The notes under the pieces: model-generated | The model's database searches: none | What the model was told of the DNA's origin: nothing | Seen by the model: the letters and a program-made list of their open reading frames with translations, nothing else | Program-made: the position numbers and the translations under genes | Part shown: positions 1 through 10,054 of the stretch, in pieces | Position numbering within the stretch: position 1 is the first letter of the stretch | How the letters are laid out: each line of letters opens with the position of its first letter | Source of the DNA: Candidatus Arthromitus sp. SFB-rat-Yit | GTDB taxonomy: Bacteria > Bacillota > Clostridia > Clostridiales > Clostridiaceae | Length of the DNA stretch: 32,000 nt | Direction of reading: 5' to 3' | NCBI RefSeq assembly: GCF_000283555.1 | Contig: NC_016012.1 | Span: 150,001-182,000 of the forward strand

Positions 1-430
1 AAATGAAGTGTTAATAAAACTTGATATATTTAAGACTAATATATTTATAGGAAGTTTGGTTTTAATATTATTTTTAGGGATATTCCTTGTTGGTAATAAT
101 GTTATAGGAGTTGATTATTATAAAACTATGGGAATATTTATAGGAGTTTTTTTGGGGCATTTATTTGAATATAGATATGTGAATTTTTCTCCTGAAGCAA
201 GTAATGTAGATAATGTAATGAAGATTATAATAGGTGCATCTACAACAATACTATTATTTGTAGTTCTTAATTACATATTTAAAATGTTTTATTTACCATT
301 ATTTTTTTATGTTATAAAGTATCTAATATTAGGATTTTGGATGTTTGGAGCTATTCCTCTTATTTTCAAATTAAGTAATCTTTATTATAAGGAAGCTTAT
401 GAAATAACAAATACTAAATATAGAAAATAA
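1..430 (+). CDS. multi-pass membrane protein, probably 5'-truncated by the window edge (function unknown)
   Basis: Frame is open from position 2 to the stop at 428-430, so the ORF-track GTG at 8 is probably internal. Product is almost entirely hydrophobic helices. A hairpin terminator follows. Confidence 0.55.
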   Translation, partial: NEVLIKLDIFKTNIFIGSLVLILFLGIFLVGNNVIGVDYYKTMGIFIGVFLGHLFEYRYVNFSPEASNVDNVMKIIIGASTTILLFVVLNYIFKMFYLPLFFYVIKYLILGFWMFGAIPLIFKLSNLYYKEAYEITNTKYRK

Positions 431-431
431 A

Positions 432-464
432 AACAGCTTAGAAATTTGTTCTAAGCTGTTTTTT
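432..464. terminator. bidirectional rho-independent terminator between convergent genes
   Basis: Perfect 12-bp stem AACAGCTTAGAA (432-443) / TTCTAAGCTGTT (449-460) with a 5-nt loop. A T-run follows on the + strand and an A-run precedes it. Confidence 0.8.
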
Positions 465-1179
465 ATAATACCTTACTTAAAAATTCTTTAGCACGATCGC
501 TTTTTGTATTATTGAAAAATTCGTTTGGTGAATTTTCTTCGATTATTTTTCCATCATCCATGAAAACTATTTTATTTGATACCTCTTTTGCAAAGTTTAT
601 TTCATGGGTAACTATAACCATAGTCATACCTTCATTAGCAAGTTCACGCATGACGTAAAGAACTTCTTTAACCATTTCTGGATCTAATGCAGAAGTAGGT
701 TCATCAAATAATAATACATTTGGTTTATTTGCAAGAGATCTTGCTATTGCAATTCTTTGTTTTTGCCCACCAGATAATTTTGATGGATAAATATCTTTTT
801 TGTCGACTAATCCTACTTTTTCAAGTAAATTTATTGCTAGTTTATTGGCTTCTTCTCTAGGTATATTTTTAACCTTAATAGGTCCTAAGGTTATATTTTC
901 AAGCACAGTCATATGTGGAAATAAGTTAAAGTGTTGAAAAACCATTCCCATATTTTCTCTAATTTTATTTATATTAGTTTTTTGTATATTAGTATTTTGA
1001 AAAATAATTTCTCCACTAGTGGGTATTTCTAGTAAATTCATACATCTTAGTAAAGTGCTCTTTCCAGAACCGCTTGGACCAATAATAGATATGACATCAC
1101 CTTTTTTTATGTTGTATGAAATATCTTTAAGTACATGATGTTTGCCAAAATATTTATTTAAATTTTTAATTTGAATCAT
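463..1179 (-). CDS. polar amino-acid ABC transporter ATP-binding protein (GlnQ/ArtP-like)
   Basis: Walker [10 protein letters not shown], signature LSGGQKQR, Walker [13 protein letters not shown]-loop VTHE. Overlaps the upstream permease gene by 14 nt. Confidence 0.93.
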   Translation of the reverse strand: MIQIKNLNKYFGKHHVLKDISYNIKKGDVISIIGPSGSGKSTLLRCMNLLEIPTSGEIIFQNTNIQKTNINKIRENMGMVFQHFNLFPHMTVLENITLGPIKVKNIPREEANKLAINLLEKVGLVDKKDIYPSKLSGGQKQRIAIARSLANKPNVLLFDEPTSALDPEMVKEVLYVMRELANEGMTMVIVTHEINFAKEVSNKIVFMDDGKIIEENSPNEFFNNTKSDRAKEFLSKVL

Positions 1180-1816
1180 TATCTCTATTTAATTTCCTTT
1201 CAAAATAATGTATAAATTTTGATAAAGTAAATGTTATTACTAAATATATTAGTGCAGCAACTAATAGAGGTTCTAAAGTTAAATAAGTTAAACTCCTTAT
1301 TTGGTTTGCTTTGTACATTAAATCTGCAAGACCTATATAAGAAACAATTGCTGACTCCTTTATAAGTACTACAAATTCATTTGCAAGTGCTGGTAGTATA
1401 TTTTTAATAGCTTGGGGAATTATAATAAGTTTCATTGCAGTAAATTGATTCATTCCGAGGCTTTTAGCAGCTTCCATTTGCCCTTTATTTATAGATACTA
1501 TACCAGCTCTCATTATTTCAGCTATATAGGCAGCACTATTTAATGAAAGTGCAATAGAGGCTGATGTAAGTTCTGTCATATTAATTTTTAAACCATAATG
1601 TATAATAATTAATTGAACAATTAGTGGGGTTCCACGAATAATTTCAATATATATAGATCCTATTGTTCGTAATATTTTATATTTTGAAATTTTTAGTATA
1701 CATAGTATAAGACCAATTATACTTCCGAATATTATTGTAATTAAAGCTAAAAGTAAAGTTATTTTAACTCCGTCTAAAAAGAATGGATAATATTTTATTA
1801 AAAAATTGAAATTCAA
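1166..1816 (-). CDS. amino-acid ABC transporter permease (His/Glu/Gln/Arg family)
   Basis: Multi-TM protein with the EAA-type loop ([22 protein letters not shown]). TTG start sits 9 nt after GGAGG. Confidence 0.9.
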   Translation of the reverse strand: MNFNFLIKYYPFFLDGVKITLLLALITIIFGSIIGLILCILKISKYKILRTIGSIYIEIIRGTPLIVQLIIIHYGLKINMTELTSASIALSLNSAAYIAEIMRAGIVSINKGQMEAAKSLGMNQFTAMKLIIIPQAIKNILPALANEFVVLIKESAIVSYIGLADLMYKANQIRSLTYLTLEPLLVAALIYLVITFTLSKFIHYFERKLNRDNDSN

Positions 1817-1840
1817 AAATTGTTACCTCCATTTTATATT

Positions 1841-2644
1841 TTACTTATTGAGTTTTTCAGCAAGTTCAATTGAATTGTTGAATAATTCGTTGATTTTATT
1901 ATCTTTAATTAATCTTGTGATCGTTTTATTTATTTCATTTACTAAATCTTTATTACCTTTTTTTATACCAACAGCAGATCCTTGAATTTTATTGTTTAAA
2001 CTTGGGTCATTCACTATAAATAATTCAGGATTTCTTTTTTGATATTGAAGAGCAACAGGAGTTTCTATTAATAGTGCATCAACTTTTTTAGATAATAATT
2101 CAAGAATTAGCTCAGGTATTCTCAATAATGTTTTGATTTCTGAATTTTTTAAATTATCTTGAGCAAGTCTATCTTGAATACTACCAAGTTGTACACCTAC
2201 AGTTAAATTCTTTAGATCATCTATAGATTTAATGTTGGGATTTAGCGTAATTATAACATTTTCAGCTGTATAGTATATTTCTGAGAAATCTATACTTTGT
2301 TTTCTTTCCTCGGTTGGAGATATTCCAGATAATATAAAGTCTACATTATTTGAATTTAATGCATCTAATAATCCTGAGAAGTCTAGATTTTTAATAACGA
2401 GTTCTACTCCTAAATCTTTTGCAATTTCTTTTGCAATTTCTATATCAAATCCTACTATTTGTTCATTTCCATTTTCATCTATAAAAGGGAATTCATATGG
2501 AGGGTAATCTGCAGAAGTACCTAGTGTTATTTTTCCACTTTGTTTTATTGATTCTAATTTATTTGTATTTGAGTTACAGGATACAAAAAATAGTGGTAAT
2601 ATGAGAATTGAAAATAAACTAATTAGCATTTTATTTAATTTCAT
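1841..2644 (-). CDS. amino-acid ABC transporter substrate-binding lipoprotein (SBP family 3)
   Basis: Signal peptide with lipobox LFFVSC. Family-3 SBP motifs present (GTSADYPPYEF, GFDIEIAKEIAK). First gene of the three-gene operon. Confidence 0.9.
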   Translation of the reverse strand: MKLNKMLISLFSILILPLFFVSCNSNTNKLESIKQSGKITLGTSADYPPYEFPFIDENGNEQIVGFDIEIAKEIAKDLGVELVIKNLDFSGLLDALNSNNVDFILSGISPTEERKQSIDFSEIYYTAENVIITLNPNIKSIDDLKNLTVGVQLGSIQDRLAQDNLKNSEIKTLLRIPELILELLSKKVDALLIETPVALQYQKRNPELFIVNDPSLNNKIQGSAVGIKKGNKDLVNEINKTITRLIKDNKINELFNNSIELAEKLNK

Positions 2645-2674
2645 TTTTAATAACTCTCCTTAAATAATTTTAAT

Positions 2675-2698
2675 AATAATGTATAATTATACATTATT
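2675..2698. promoter_or_regulatory. 24-bp perfect palindrome (candidate operator, ARG-box-like core) overlapping a TATAAT hexamer
   Basis: AATAATGTATAA|TTATACATTATT is exactly self-complementary. It lies 31-54 nt upstream of the SBP start codon. Core is TGTATAATTATACA. Confidence 0.45.
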
Positions 2699-2812
2699 TC
2701 ATATTTTGTATTCAATTAAAATATTTTTATGTAATAAATGCTGTATAAGCTTAAAATATATATGTTATAATATTTATTACATAATTTTAAGAAATTTTAA
2801 TAGGGGAAGTTT

Positions 2813-3496
2813 ATGAGTTATTTATTGCGATTTAAGAGGAACAAAAAGGAAATAATTTGGACTTTTATTATTGTATGTGGTATAGTGTGTCTTTCGGCGT
2901 TTATGTTTTTGTATAATAGGTACATAATATATGTTAAGAATATGGAAGCTTCACAAATAAATTTAACTAATCATTTAAATTATACATACAAAGATAAATT
3001 TTATGGTGATATTGATGTTGATTACGATATCAATTCTAATACATATATTGGGACTGTTGATTTTTACATTCCAAATGAAACATATACATTTAATTTATCT
3101 TCCAGAGGGCATATTATAGGAGATGGTTATCTTCATAATAATAAGGATAATTTAATGAGTCAAAGGTTTGCGAGGCAATTAAAAGAAAGTTTAGAGCAAG
3201 ATCTAAAGAATGAATTTCCAGAAATATTTAAAATATATACAGAAATGCAAATTTTAAAAGGAAAGTATGATCACAAGGCTTTTTATAATAAAAATATCGA
3301 TGAACCGCATATTGTACATATATATTTAAATACAAAATTTATAATGTCTAAGAAGAGATTCGATGAAATTGTAAAGAATATAAAAAATGTTTTAATAGAG
3401 AGTGGATATACAAATTTAAATAATGTACATGTTAATTATATGGTTAGGAAAGAAGCTCCTGTACGTTATTATTCTCCAATAGATTTTAGTAATTAG
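2813..3496 (+). CDS. hypothetical membrane-anchored protein
   Basis: RBS GGGGAAG precedes the ATG. One N-terminal TM helix (IIWTFIIVCGIVCLSAFMFLY). I recognise no family. Confidence 0.65.
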   Translation: MSYLLRFKRNKKEIIWTFIIVCGIVCLSAFMFLYNRYIIYVKNMEASQINLTNHLNYTYKDKFYGDIDVDYDINSNTYIGTVDFYIPNETYTFNLSSRGHIIGDGYLHNNKDNLMSQRFARQLKESLEQDLKNEFPEIFKIYTEMQILKGKYDHKAFYNKNIDEPHIVHIYLNTKFIMSKKRFDEIVKNIKNVLIESGYTNLNNVHVNYMVRKEAPVRYYSPIDFSN

Positions 3497-3528
3497 AATA
3501 GAGCAGATATTATCTGCTCTATTTTTTA
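3497..3528. terminator. bidirectional terminator shared with cls
   Basis: Stem ATAGAGCAGATA / TATCTGCTCTAT followed by TTTTTT. Confidence 0.75.
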
Positions 3529-4992
3529 TAGAAGGGATGAAAACAATCTTGATATATTTTCATAGAATTTTTGATATATTGATATATTTTCAAATGACTC
3601 TATATTTGCAAGTGTGCTATTTTTTATATCCTCTTCAAAGATAGATATAAATTTATCACAAATATTGTGGTCATATATTATTAAATTCATTTCATAGTTA
3701 AGTTCGAAGCTTCTTATGTCCATATTGGTGCTTCCAACAGTTACGATATAATCATCAACTATTATAAATTTGGAGTGTATAAATGAATTTTTATCATAAA
3801 AATACACTTTACACCCTATGTTTGAAAGTTCTCTTAGATATGTTTTCGATGCATAATAAACTAGTTTATGGTCAGGTTTTCCAGGAAATATTATGCTTAT
3901 TTCAACACCAGATAATATTGAAATTTTTAATATATCAAGAAATCCAGCAGATGGTATAAAATATGGAGTACAAATTCTAATATTTTTTTTAGCTATGCTT
4001 ATGAGTTTTATTATGGGGAGTATCATATTATCTTTTGATAAATTAGGGCCACTTCTTATTATTTGGGTTAAGAGTATATTGTTTTCTTTAGGTTTTGGGA
4101 AATAGTTTGATATATCATTTGTTATATCATCTTTTGAATAATTTTTATCTTTTAGTTTCATAAGATTTGTATAATCATCTATAAATACATCTTGTATTGC
4201 AAGAGAGCATTCTCCTTTTATCATTAAATGAGTATCTCTCCAATTTCCAATAGACGATCTCCCAAGATATTCATCTCCAATATTGATTCCACCAGTAAAA
4301 CTAGTTATTCCATCTATTATAACTATTTTTCTATGGTTTCTATAATTTATTTGAGTATTTATCAGCTTTAAAAATGGTGTTGACATATAGGAATAAAATA
4401 ATACTTTTATTCCATTTTGTTTTAAATCATTTATATATTTTTTAGATAATTTATGGCATCCTATTTTATCTAATATGAATCTTACTTTTACCCCTTCATT
4501 TGATTTTCTAATGAGTATGTTTTTTATTTCATTTCCAATATGGTCATCTCTAACTATAAAATATTCCATATGTATGTGATGTTTTGCAGCGTTAAGTTCA
4601 TTTTTTAATGAATCAAATTTTTGTATACCATTTGAAAATATTTCAATTTTTGAATATTTAGTTATTGGAAATACATTAATTTTAGAAACTAGATCTATTG
4701 TTTGTATAATTTCATCATAATCATTATTTTTGGGTATGAGCTCTATAACAGATTCATTCGATGAATAATCAAACAAATGAAGTTTATATAATAAATTATT
4801 TTTTAAATAAGGTCTTTGTATGTCTTTGCCGAGAAATAGGTAAAATATAAATCCTATAGGACCGAAAAAAATCAATGTTAAAATCCATATTAAGCTTTTT
4901 TCAGGAGGGCGTCTTTCGTTTATTATTACAAAAAATATTATTGATAAATTTATTATGAGGAAAGAAATCATAATTAAATTTAGATAATTCAT
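3526..4992 (-). CDS. cls: cardiolipin synthase (PLD superfamily)
   Basis: Two HKD motifs (HRKIVIIDG...GGINIGDEY and HSKFIIVDD...GSTNMDIRS) and two N-terminal TM helices. I moved the start to the ATG at 4992, which has AAGGAGA 5 nt upstream; the ORF-track start at 5037 has no RBS. Confidence 0.9.
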   Translation of the reverse strand: MNYLNLIMISFLIINLSIIFFVIINERRPPEKSLIWILTLIFFGPIGFIFYLFLGKDIQRPYLKNNLLYKLHLFDYSSNESVIELIPKNNDYDEIIQTIDLVSKINVFPITKYSKIEIFSNGIQKFDSLKNELNAAKHHIHMEYFIVRDDHIGNEIKNILIRKSNEGVKVRFILDKIGCHKLSKKYINDLKQNGIKVLFYSYMSTPFLKLINTQINYRNHRKIVIIDGITSFTGGINIGDEYLGRSSIGNWRDTHLMIKGECSLAIQDVFIDDYTNLMKLKDKNYSKDDITNDISNYFPKPKENNILLTQIIRSGPNLSKDNMILPIIKLISIAKKNIRICTPYFIPSAGFLDILKISILSGVEISIIFPGKPDHKLVYYASKTYLRELSNIGCKVYFYDKNSFIHSKFIIVDDYIVTVGSTNMDIRSFELNYEMNLIIYDHNICDKFISIFEEDIKNSTLANIESFENISIYQKFYENISRLFSSLL

Positions 4993-5169
4993 ATTAATCT
5001 CCTTAATCATAAATAAAAAAGTAATGACATTAATCAATAAATATTTTATACTTAAATTTAAGTTTTAAATATATTATTATTAAGTATATTTATAAAATAT
5101 TTGTAACATAATTTATAATATATCAGAACTTAGGGTGAAAATATTTTTTAATAATAGGGGGGTAATATT

Positions 5170-5424
5170 ATGAAAAAAATGAATAAGGGAACTGCTATTG
5201 CGGCGATATCAGCAATAGGTATAGCATCAGTTGTAACTATAGCAGGAGTTGTATCTAAAACTCTAAAAAGAAATTTAATTAGAGATTTAAATGACTCTGA
5301 TTTTAAAAATTTTAATTCGTATGGTGATTGTCGTTGTTCAAATCACAATGTAAAAGATGATTCTTATGATGAGGTTTTAAGATACCGCAAAGGAAGATAT
5401 TATCAGAAAATGGGAATTTATTAA
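5170..5424 (+). CDS. small hypothetical membrane-anchored protein (84 aa)
   Basis: RBS GGGGGG precedes the ATG. One TM helix. A strong terminator follows immediately. Confidence 0.55.
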   Translation: MKKMNKGTAIAAISAIGIASVVTIAGVVSKTLKRNLIRDLNDSDFKNFNSYGDCRCSNHNVKDDSYDEVLRYRKGRYYQKMGIY

Positions 5425-5425
5425 T

Positions 5426-5460
5426 AAAAGTACTTGCATGTGCAAGTACTTTTTGTTTTT
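5426..5460 (+). terminator. rho-independent terminator
   Basis: 13-bp stem AAAAGTACTTGCA / TGCAAGTACTTTT followed by a T-run. Confidence 0.8.
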
Positions 5461-5532
5461 TAAGTAATAAAAAATAGTAGAGTGAGGTAAGCTAACCACA
5501 TGCTTAGTTTTGTTATTTTGGGAAGGTGAATT

Positions 5533-8500
5533 TTGTTAAGTGTAAAGATAATGTTATATAAAATGTTTAAACTATTTATACTACCGCTTGGTTTTATAAT
5601 AATCGGTATTTCTATATTTGTAGCTATAAATAGAGAAGTTAAAGGAGTAGTTAGTTTAAATAGTTTTGTTAAGGAGTTTCCTAAAGTTTATGCTGATTTT
5701 AATGAATGGGATGATAGAGTTGATGTGTTTCATATAAATAGGGAAATTGCTAGGAGTTTCTTTTTGCCCTATCCTAATCGTGAAATTTTGTTATCAGATG
5801 TAAAGAAAGATCCATTAAATAGTGTGAAAATAAAAGATAGTGACAATATTAAAGTATTAAATGGAAAATGGAAATTTTCACTTGATTATGCACCTAAGTA
5901 TAGGAATTTGGATTTTTATAAACAGGATTATGATGTATCTAATTGGGGAGATATAAATGTACCTAGTAATTGGCAAATGGAAGGATATGATTTTCCTATA
6001 TATGTAAATTTTAAGTATCCCTGGACTGGGTTTGAAAATTTGGAATTTTATAAAGCCCCTAAGAAATTTAATCCTATTGGTAATTATAGAAGAGATTTTT
6101 TTGTAGATGAATCTTGGCTTAATGATAAAGTGTATATATCATTTCAAGGAGTTGAATCGTGTTTTTATTTATGGATAAATGGGGAATTTGTTGGATATAG
6201 TGAAGATAGTTTTTCTCCGAGCGAATTTGATATCACAGATTTTTTAGTAAGTGGTAAAAATTACATATCTGTTCAAGTTTTTAGATGGTGTGATGGAAGT
6301 TTTCTTGAAGATCAGGATTTTATTCGTTTAAGTGGGATTTTTAGGGACGTATTTTTGTATAGAACACCTAAGATACATATTGCTGATTTTGAAGTTATAA
6401 CTAATGCTGATGATGATTTAAAGAATTTTGATTTAATATTAAATGTAAATTTGATAAATTACCTTAATGAGAATAGAAATTATAGCATATCTACTGTTTT
6501 ATTTGATGAAAAATGGAATTTAATAAGTAGTATTGAGAATATGGGGAATTTTGATAATAGTTATACGTATAAGGATGCAATAAAAGGAAATTTTAATTTA
6601 TGTTTGAATATAAAAGAGCCTAAGAAATGGTCTGCAGAGGAACCTAATTTATATAACTTAGTTATTTCTCTTAAAAATGATTTACTTAATGAGACGCAAT
6701 CAATACATACGAGAGTTGGATTTAGAACTTTTGAGATAAAAGGGAATAAAATGTATATAAATGGAAAGCCGATTTTGTTCAAAGGAGTAAATAGGCATGA
6801 AACACATCCAACAAAAGGTAGGGCATTATCGACTTTAGATATGGAATTTGATGTAAAAGAGATTAAGAGAAATAATATAAATTCTGTGAGAACTTCTCAC
6901 TATCCTACCCATCCTTATTTTATTTCTTTATGTAATGAATATGGAGTTTATGTAATTGATGAGGGAAATATAGAAGCACACGGTGTTGAGGGTGAAATAC
7001 CTGGAGATAAGGAAATATGGAGAGGGGCATGCTTTGATAGAATTAATTCACTTGTAGAGAGGGATAAAAATAATCCTAGTGTTTTGATATGGTCTCTTGG
7101 AAATGAAAGTGGAGGTGGGAGTATATTTAGAGATTTATATAATTATGTAAATCTAAGAGATGGAAGTAGAATTATTCATTATGAAGGCGAGAGAGATAAA
7201 TATTATGCAAGTGATGTTGTAAGTAAGATGTATGTAAGAATAAATGATATTGAAAAACAGAGTAAATATATTCCAAATAAACCTTATATTTTATGTGAAT
7301 ATGCCCATTCCATGGGAAATAGTGGTGGGAGTTTAGATAAATATATCGAAAAATTTGAAAGCATTGATAACGTTCAAGGAGGATTTATATGGGATTTCAT
7401 AGATCAAGGTGTTTATAGGGAAACTCCATGTATAGGAACCTTTATTACTCCTTGTAATATGTTTCACGGTGAATTTGAGGGATACATAGAAGATGGATAT
7501 AAGGGGAACGGATATAAAGGAGTAATATTATATGATAATACTAAAAATTTAAAGTTTGATGAATTTACTATAGATCTTAAGGTAAAACCGAGTATATACG
7601 AAGGGGAAGGGTGTGTTTATCTAAAGAAAGGAAATGAGTTTGGAGTAAGGGAAATTACGAATTATAATAAATCTAATAATCGAGTTGTTGAATTTTATGT
7701 AAGAGATAATTCGGGAATATTTGATACAATTATATTTATAACACCTGAAGATTGGGTTAATAATTTTCATAATGTGACTGCTACATATAAAGATAATGTT
7801 ATGAGATTATTTATAGATGATAATTTGGTTGGAGAGAAAATTTTTAATTATAATATAGCGTATTTTAAAGATAGAATACAAGTTGGAGGGAATAATAGTT
7901 ATACACATTATGAGGGTATTAATGGAGTGATAGATGAAGTTAAACTATTTTCTAAGGGAATGGATATAGAATATTTGAGAAATAAGAATTTTTATAACAT
8001 TGATGCTACGAGAATAATATTTAATGATTTTGATAATAAAAGAAATATGATTAAAAAGAAGGTACATTCACAGAGATATTTAGCAACAGGAGGAGATTTT
8101 AATGATTCTCCAAATGATTCTGCATTTTGTGCTAATGGTATATTATTGGCATCCAGGAAACTTAAACCACAAGTTACCGAGGTTAAGCATGCATATCAAA
8201 ATATAGATATAAGAGATTATGATATTTTAAATGGTAAGATTCTCATTAGAAATAAAAATCTATTTAAGAATTTAAAGGATTACATGCTGAAATGGAATTA
8301 TTTAGTTGATGGTAAAGTAGTGCAAGGAGATATGGCTATAGTTAATGTAGAACCTATGAGTGAAATTGTATTTAATATACATGATATTGAAAAGATCAAT
8401 AATTTAAATGGTAATGAGTTTTTCTTAAATATTGGATTTGTATTAAATGAGGGTACAAATTGGGCGAATAGAGGGTTTGAAATATCAAATAATCAATTTA

Positions 8501-9429
8501 AAATAAATTTGGATAATTCACTTTGTGAAGTAAATGTAAATAGTAAGAAGATTCAAAATTTCATAGTAAACGATTTAGAGGATAAATTTGAAGTTAAATC
8601 TGAGGAATATTATATTGTTTTTAACAAAGCATCAGGAAATCTTAAGCATTATAGATATAAAAACGATGATTTAATAAATTCAGAGTTATTAATTGATTTT
8701 TGGAATCCACTAAATGATAATGAAAGATTATTCAACATATACGATAAAGTAGTATTTTGGAAAAATATTTCTAAGATAAATGCAAATAATAATTATAATG
8801 TTTCATATGAAAATGGATGTATAGTAATAAGGTTTTATAGATTAATATATGATTTAAATAATTCAGTTCTTATTACAACATATAGGATAAATGAATATGG
8901 AGAAATTAGTATAGATTTGTATATGGAGTTATTAAAATATGGGATACCTCACGCCAGATCAGTTGGATTTAAGGTATTTATACCAACTAATTTTAAAAAT
9001 ATACAGTATTATGGAAGAGGACCATTAGAAAATTATAATGATAGGAATAAAGGGAGTAATCTTGGCGAGTATAAGAGTAACATAAATAATCAATTTACGG
9101 ATTATATGACTCCTCAAAGAACTGGGAATATAACAGATATTAGGTGGATAGATTTCTATAGGAATGATGGTGTAGGAATTCGGATTGAAAATATTCATGA
9201 ATTTATTCAAATCAATGCCAGTTCTTATATTGATGATGAATTTGAAAAGAAGCATTCATATCAAATGAGTAAATATTCTTCAATTATAGTGAATGTTAGA
9301 TCGAAAGATTATGGAAGTACATTTGAGAGTTTTGAGGATGAATGTATTAATTATATTGATAAAAATCATATATATAGTTTTTTGTTTAAATTATCACCTG
9401 TGTTTATTAATAATATATCAATTAATTAG
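5533..9429 (+). CDS. GH2 beta-galactosidase (LacZ-type) with an N-terminal membrane anchor and an inserted LamG/ConA-like domain
   Basis: LacZ landmarks: VPSNWQMEGYDFPIYVNFKYPW, WSLGNESGGG (acid/base Glu), CEYAHSMGNS (nucleophile Glu), GGFIWDFIDQG, GGDFNDSPNDSAFCANG. N-terminal helix FKLFILPLGFIIIGISIFVAI. The insert (~7423-8076) lies between the GGFIWD and GGDFND motifs. TTG start follows GGAAGGTG; the ATG at 5551 is an alternative. Confidence 0.9.
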   Translation: MLSVKIMLYKMFKLFILPLGFIIIGISIFVAINREVKGVVSLNSFVKEFPKVYADFNEWDDRVDVFHINREIARSFFLPYPNREILLSDVKKDPLNSVKIKDSDNIKVLNGKWKFSLDYAPKYRNLDFYKQDYDVSNWGDINVPSNWQMEGYDFPIYVNFKYPWTGFENLEFYKAPKKFNPIGNYRRDFFVDESWLNDKVYISFQGVESCFYLWINGEFVGYSEDSFSPSEFDITDFLVSGKNYISVQVFRWCDGSFLEDQDFIRLSGIFRDVFLYRTPKIHIADFEVITNADDDLKNFDLILNVNLINYLNENRNYSISTVLFDEKWNLISSIENMGNFDNSYTYKDAIKGNFNLCLNIKEPKKWSAEEPNLYNLVISLKNDLLNETQSIHTRVGFRTFEIKGNKMYINGKPILFKGVNRHETHPTKGRALSTLDMEFDVKEIKRNNINSVRTSHYPTHPYFISLCNEYGVYVIDEGNIEAHGVEGEIPGDKEIWRGACFDRINSLVERDKNNPSVLIWSLGNESGGGSIFRDLYNYVNLRDGSRIIHYEGERDKYYASDVVSKMYVRINDIEKQSKYIPNKPYILCEYAHSMGNSGGSLDKYIEKFESIDNVQGGFIWDFIDQGVYRETPCIGTFITPCNMFHGEFEGYIEDGYKGNGYKGVILYDNTKNLKFDEFTIDLKVKPSIYEGEGCVYLKKGNEFGVREITNYNKSNNRVVEFYVRDNSGIFDTIIFITPEDWVNNFHNVTATYKDNVMRLFIDDNLVGEKIFNYNIAYFKDRIQVGGNNSYTHYEGINGVIDEVKLFSKGMDIEYLRNKNFYNIDATRIIFNDFDNKRNMIKKKVHSQRYLATGGDFNDSPNDSAFCANGILLASRKLKPQVTEVKHAYQNIDIRDYDILNGKILIRNKNLFKNLKDYMLKWNYLVDGKVVQGDMAIVNVEPMSEIVFNIHDIEKINNLNGNEFFLNIGFVLNEGTNWANRGFEISNNQFKINLDNSLCEVNVNSKKIQNFIVNDLEDKFEVKSEEYYIVFNKASGNLKHYRYKNDDLINSELLIDFWNPLNDNERLFNIYDKVVFWKNISKINANNNYNVSYENGCIVIRFYRLIYDLNNSVLITTYRINEYGEISIDLYMELLKYGIPHARSVGFKVFIPTNFKNIQYYGRGPLENYNDRNKGSNLGEYKSNINNQFTDYMTPQRTGNITDIRWIDFYRNDGVGIRIENIHEFIQINASSYIDDEFEKKHSYQMSKYSSIIVNVRSKDYGSTFESFEDECINYIDKNHIYSFLFKLSPVFINNISIN

Positions 9430-9446
9430 GAATATAATTAAAAATA

Positions 9447-9477
9447 AAAGAACCTTGATTTAAATCAAGGTTCTTTT
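9447..9477. terminator. bidirectional terminator between the GH2 and GNAT genes
   Basis: AAAAGAACCTTGATT / AATCAAGGTTCTTTT stem flanked by A- and T-runs. Confidence 0.8.
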
Positions 9478-10039
9478 ATTTTTAATTAAACATTTATTTG
9501 TTTTAATATATATAAGCTCTTTTTGATTTAAAAATTTTGACTTAGTTAAATAGTATACTTGTGTTAATTTACTACAATTTGGTAATGAGCCAATAAAATT
9601 GAACATCATAATATTTAATAATATGTGTTTTGATACTGAATTTGAATCTTCAACAAGAGAATATATTTTATCTATATTTGTATTGTTGAATACATAATTT
9701 AAAGTATGAAATATAGCTTCTTTCATAAAATTATTATTTCTGTAATATTTTATAATAAAATATCCAAGTTCATTAATTAAATTTTCATGTATATATCTAG
9801 GTATAATAGATATAAAACCAATTGGAGATAAATCCTTTTTTAATTTAATCACAAAATATCCCAATGAATTAAAGCAACGTATTTTATCGTTATGTAGAAT
9901 AAATTTATTAATTTGATATTGAGATGCATTCTTAGGTACAAGAGTATTAAAATCATAATCAATATTTTTTAATATATAGGTTAAACTTTTTTCACAAATA
10001 GGTTCTATAATTAAAATTTGTAGTTTGAATAATTATCAT
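9460..10039 (-). pseudogene. GNAT (RimJ/RimL-like) N-acetyltransferase, apparent +1 frameshift near the 5' end
   Basis: The GNAT frame is open from 10032 to 9460 but has no ATG and no RBS. The only RBS+ATG (GAGGA...ATG at 10039) is in another frame and stops after 15 codons. Removing one T from the TTTT run (plus 10013-10016) joins MIIIQTTN to LIIEPICEKSLTYILKN.... Confidence 0.6.
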
Positions 10040-10054
10040 AATTAATCCTCAAAG

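Noticed and set aside
2645-2812. Possible T-box or other riboswitch leader upstream of the amino-acid ABC operon, and likewise at 10081-10403 upstream of the BMP operon
   Set aside because: The leaders are short (~35-50 nt from the likely -10 elements). I found no conserved riboswitch cores such as the T-box GGGTGGNACCGCG or purine-riboswitch junctions.
3893-4105. 70-aa + strand ORF inside cls
   Set aside because: It is antisense to the cardiolipin synthase gene, which contains both HKD motifs.
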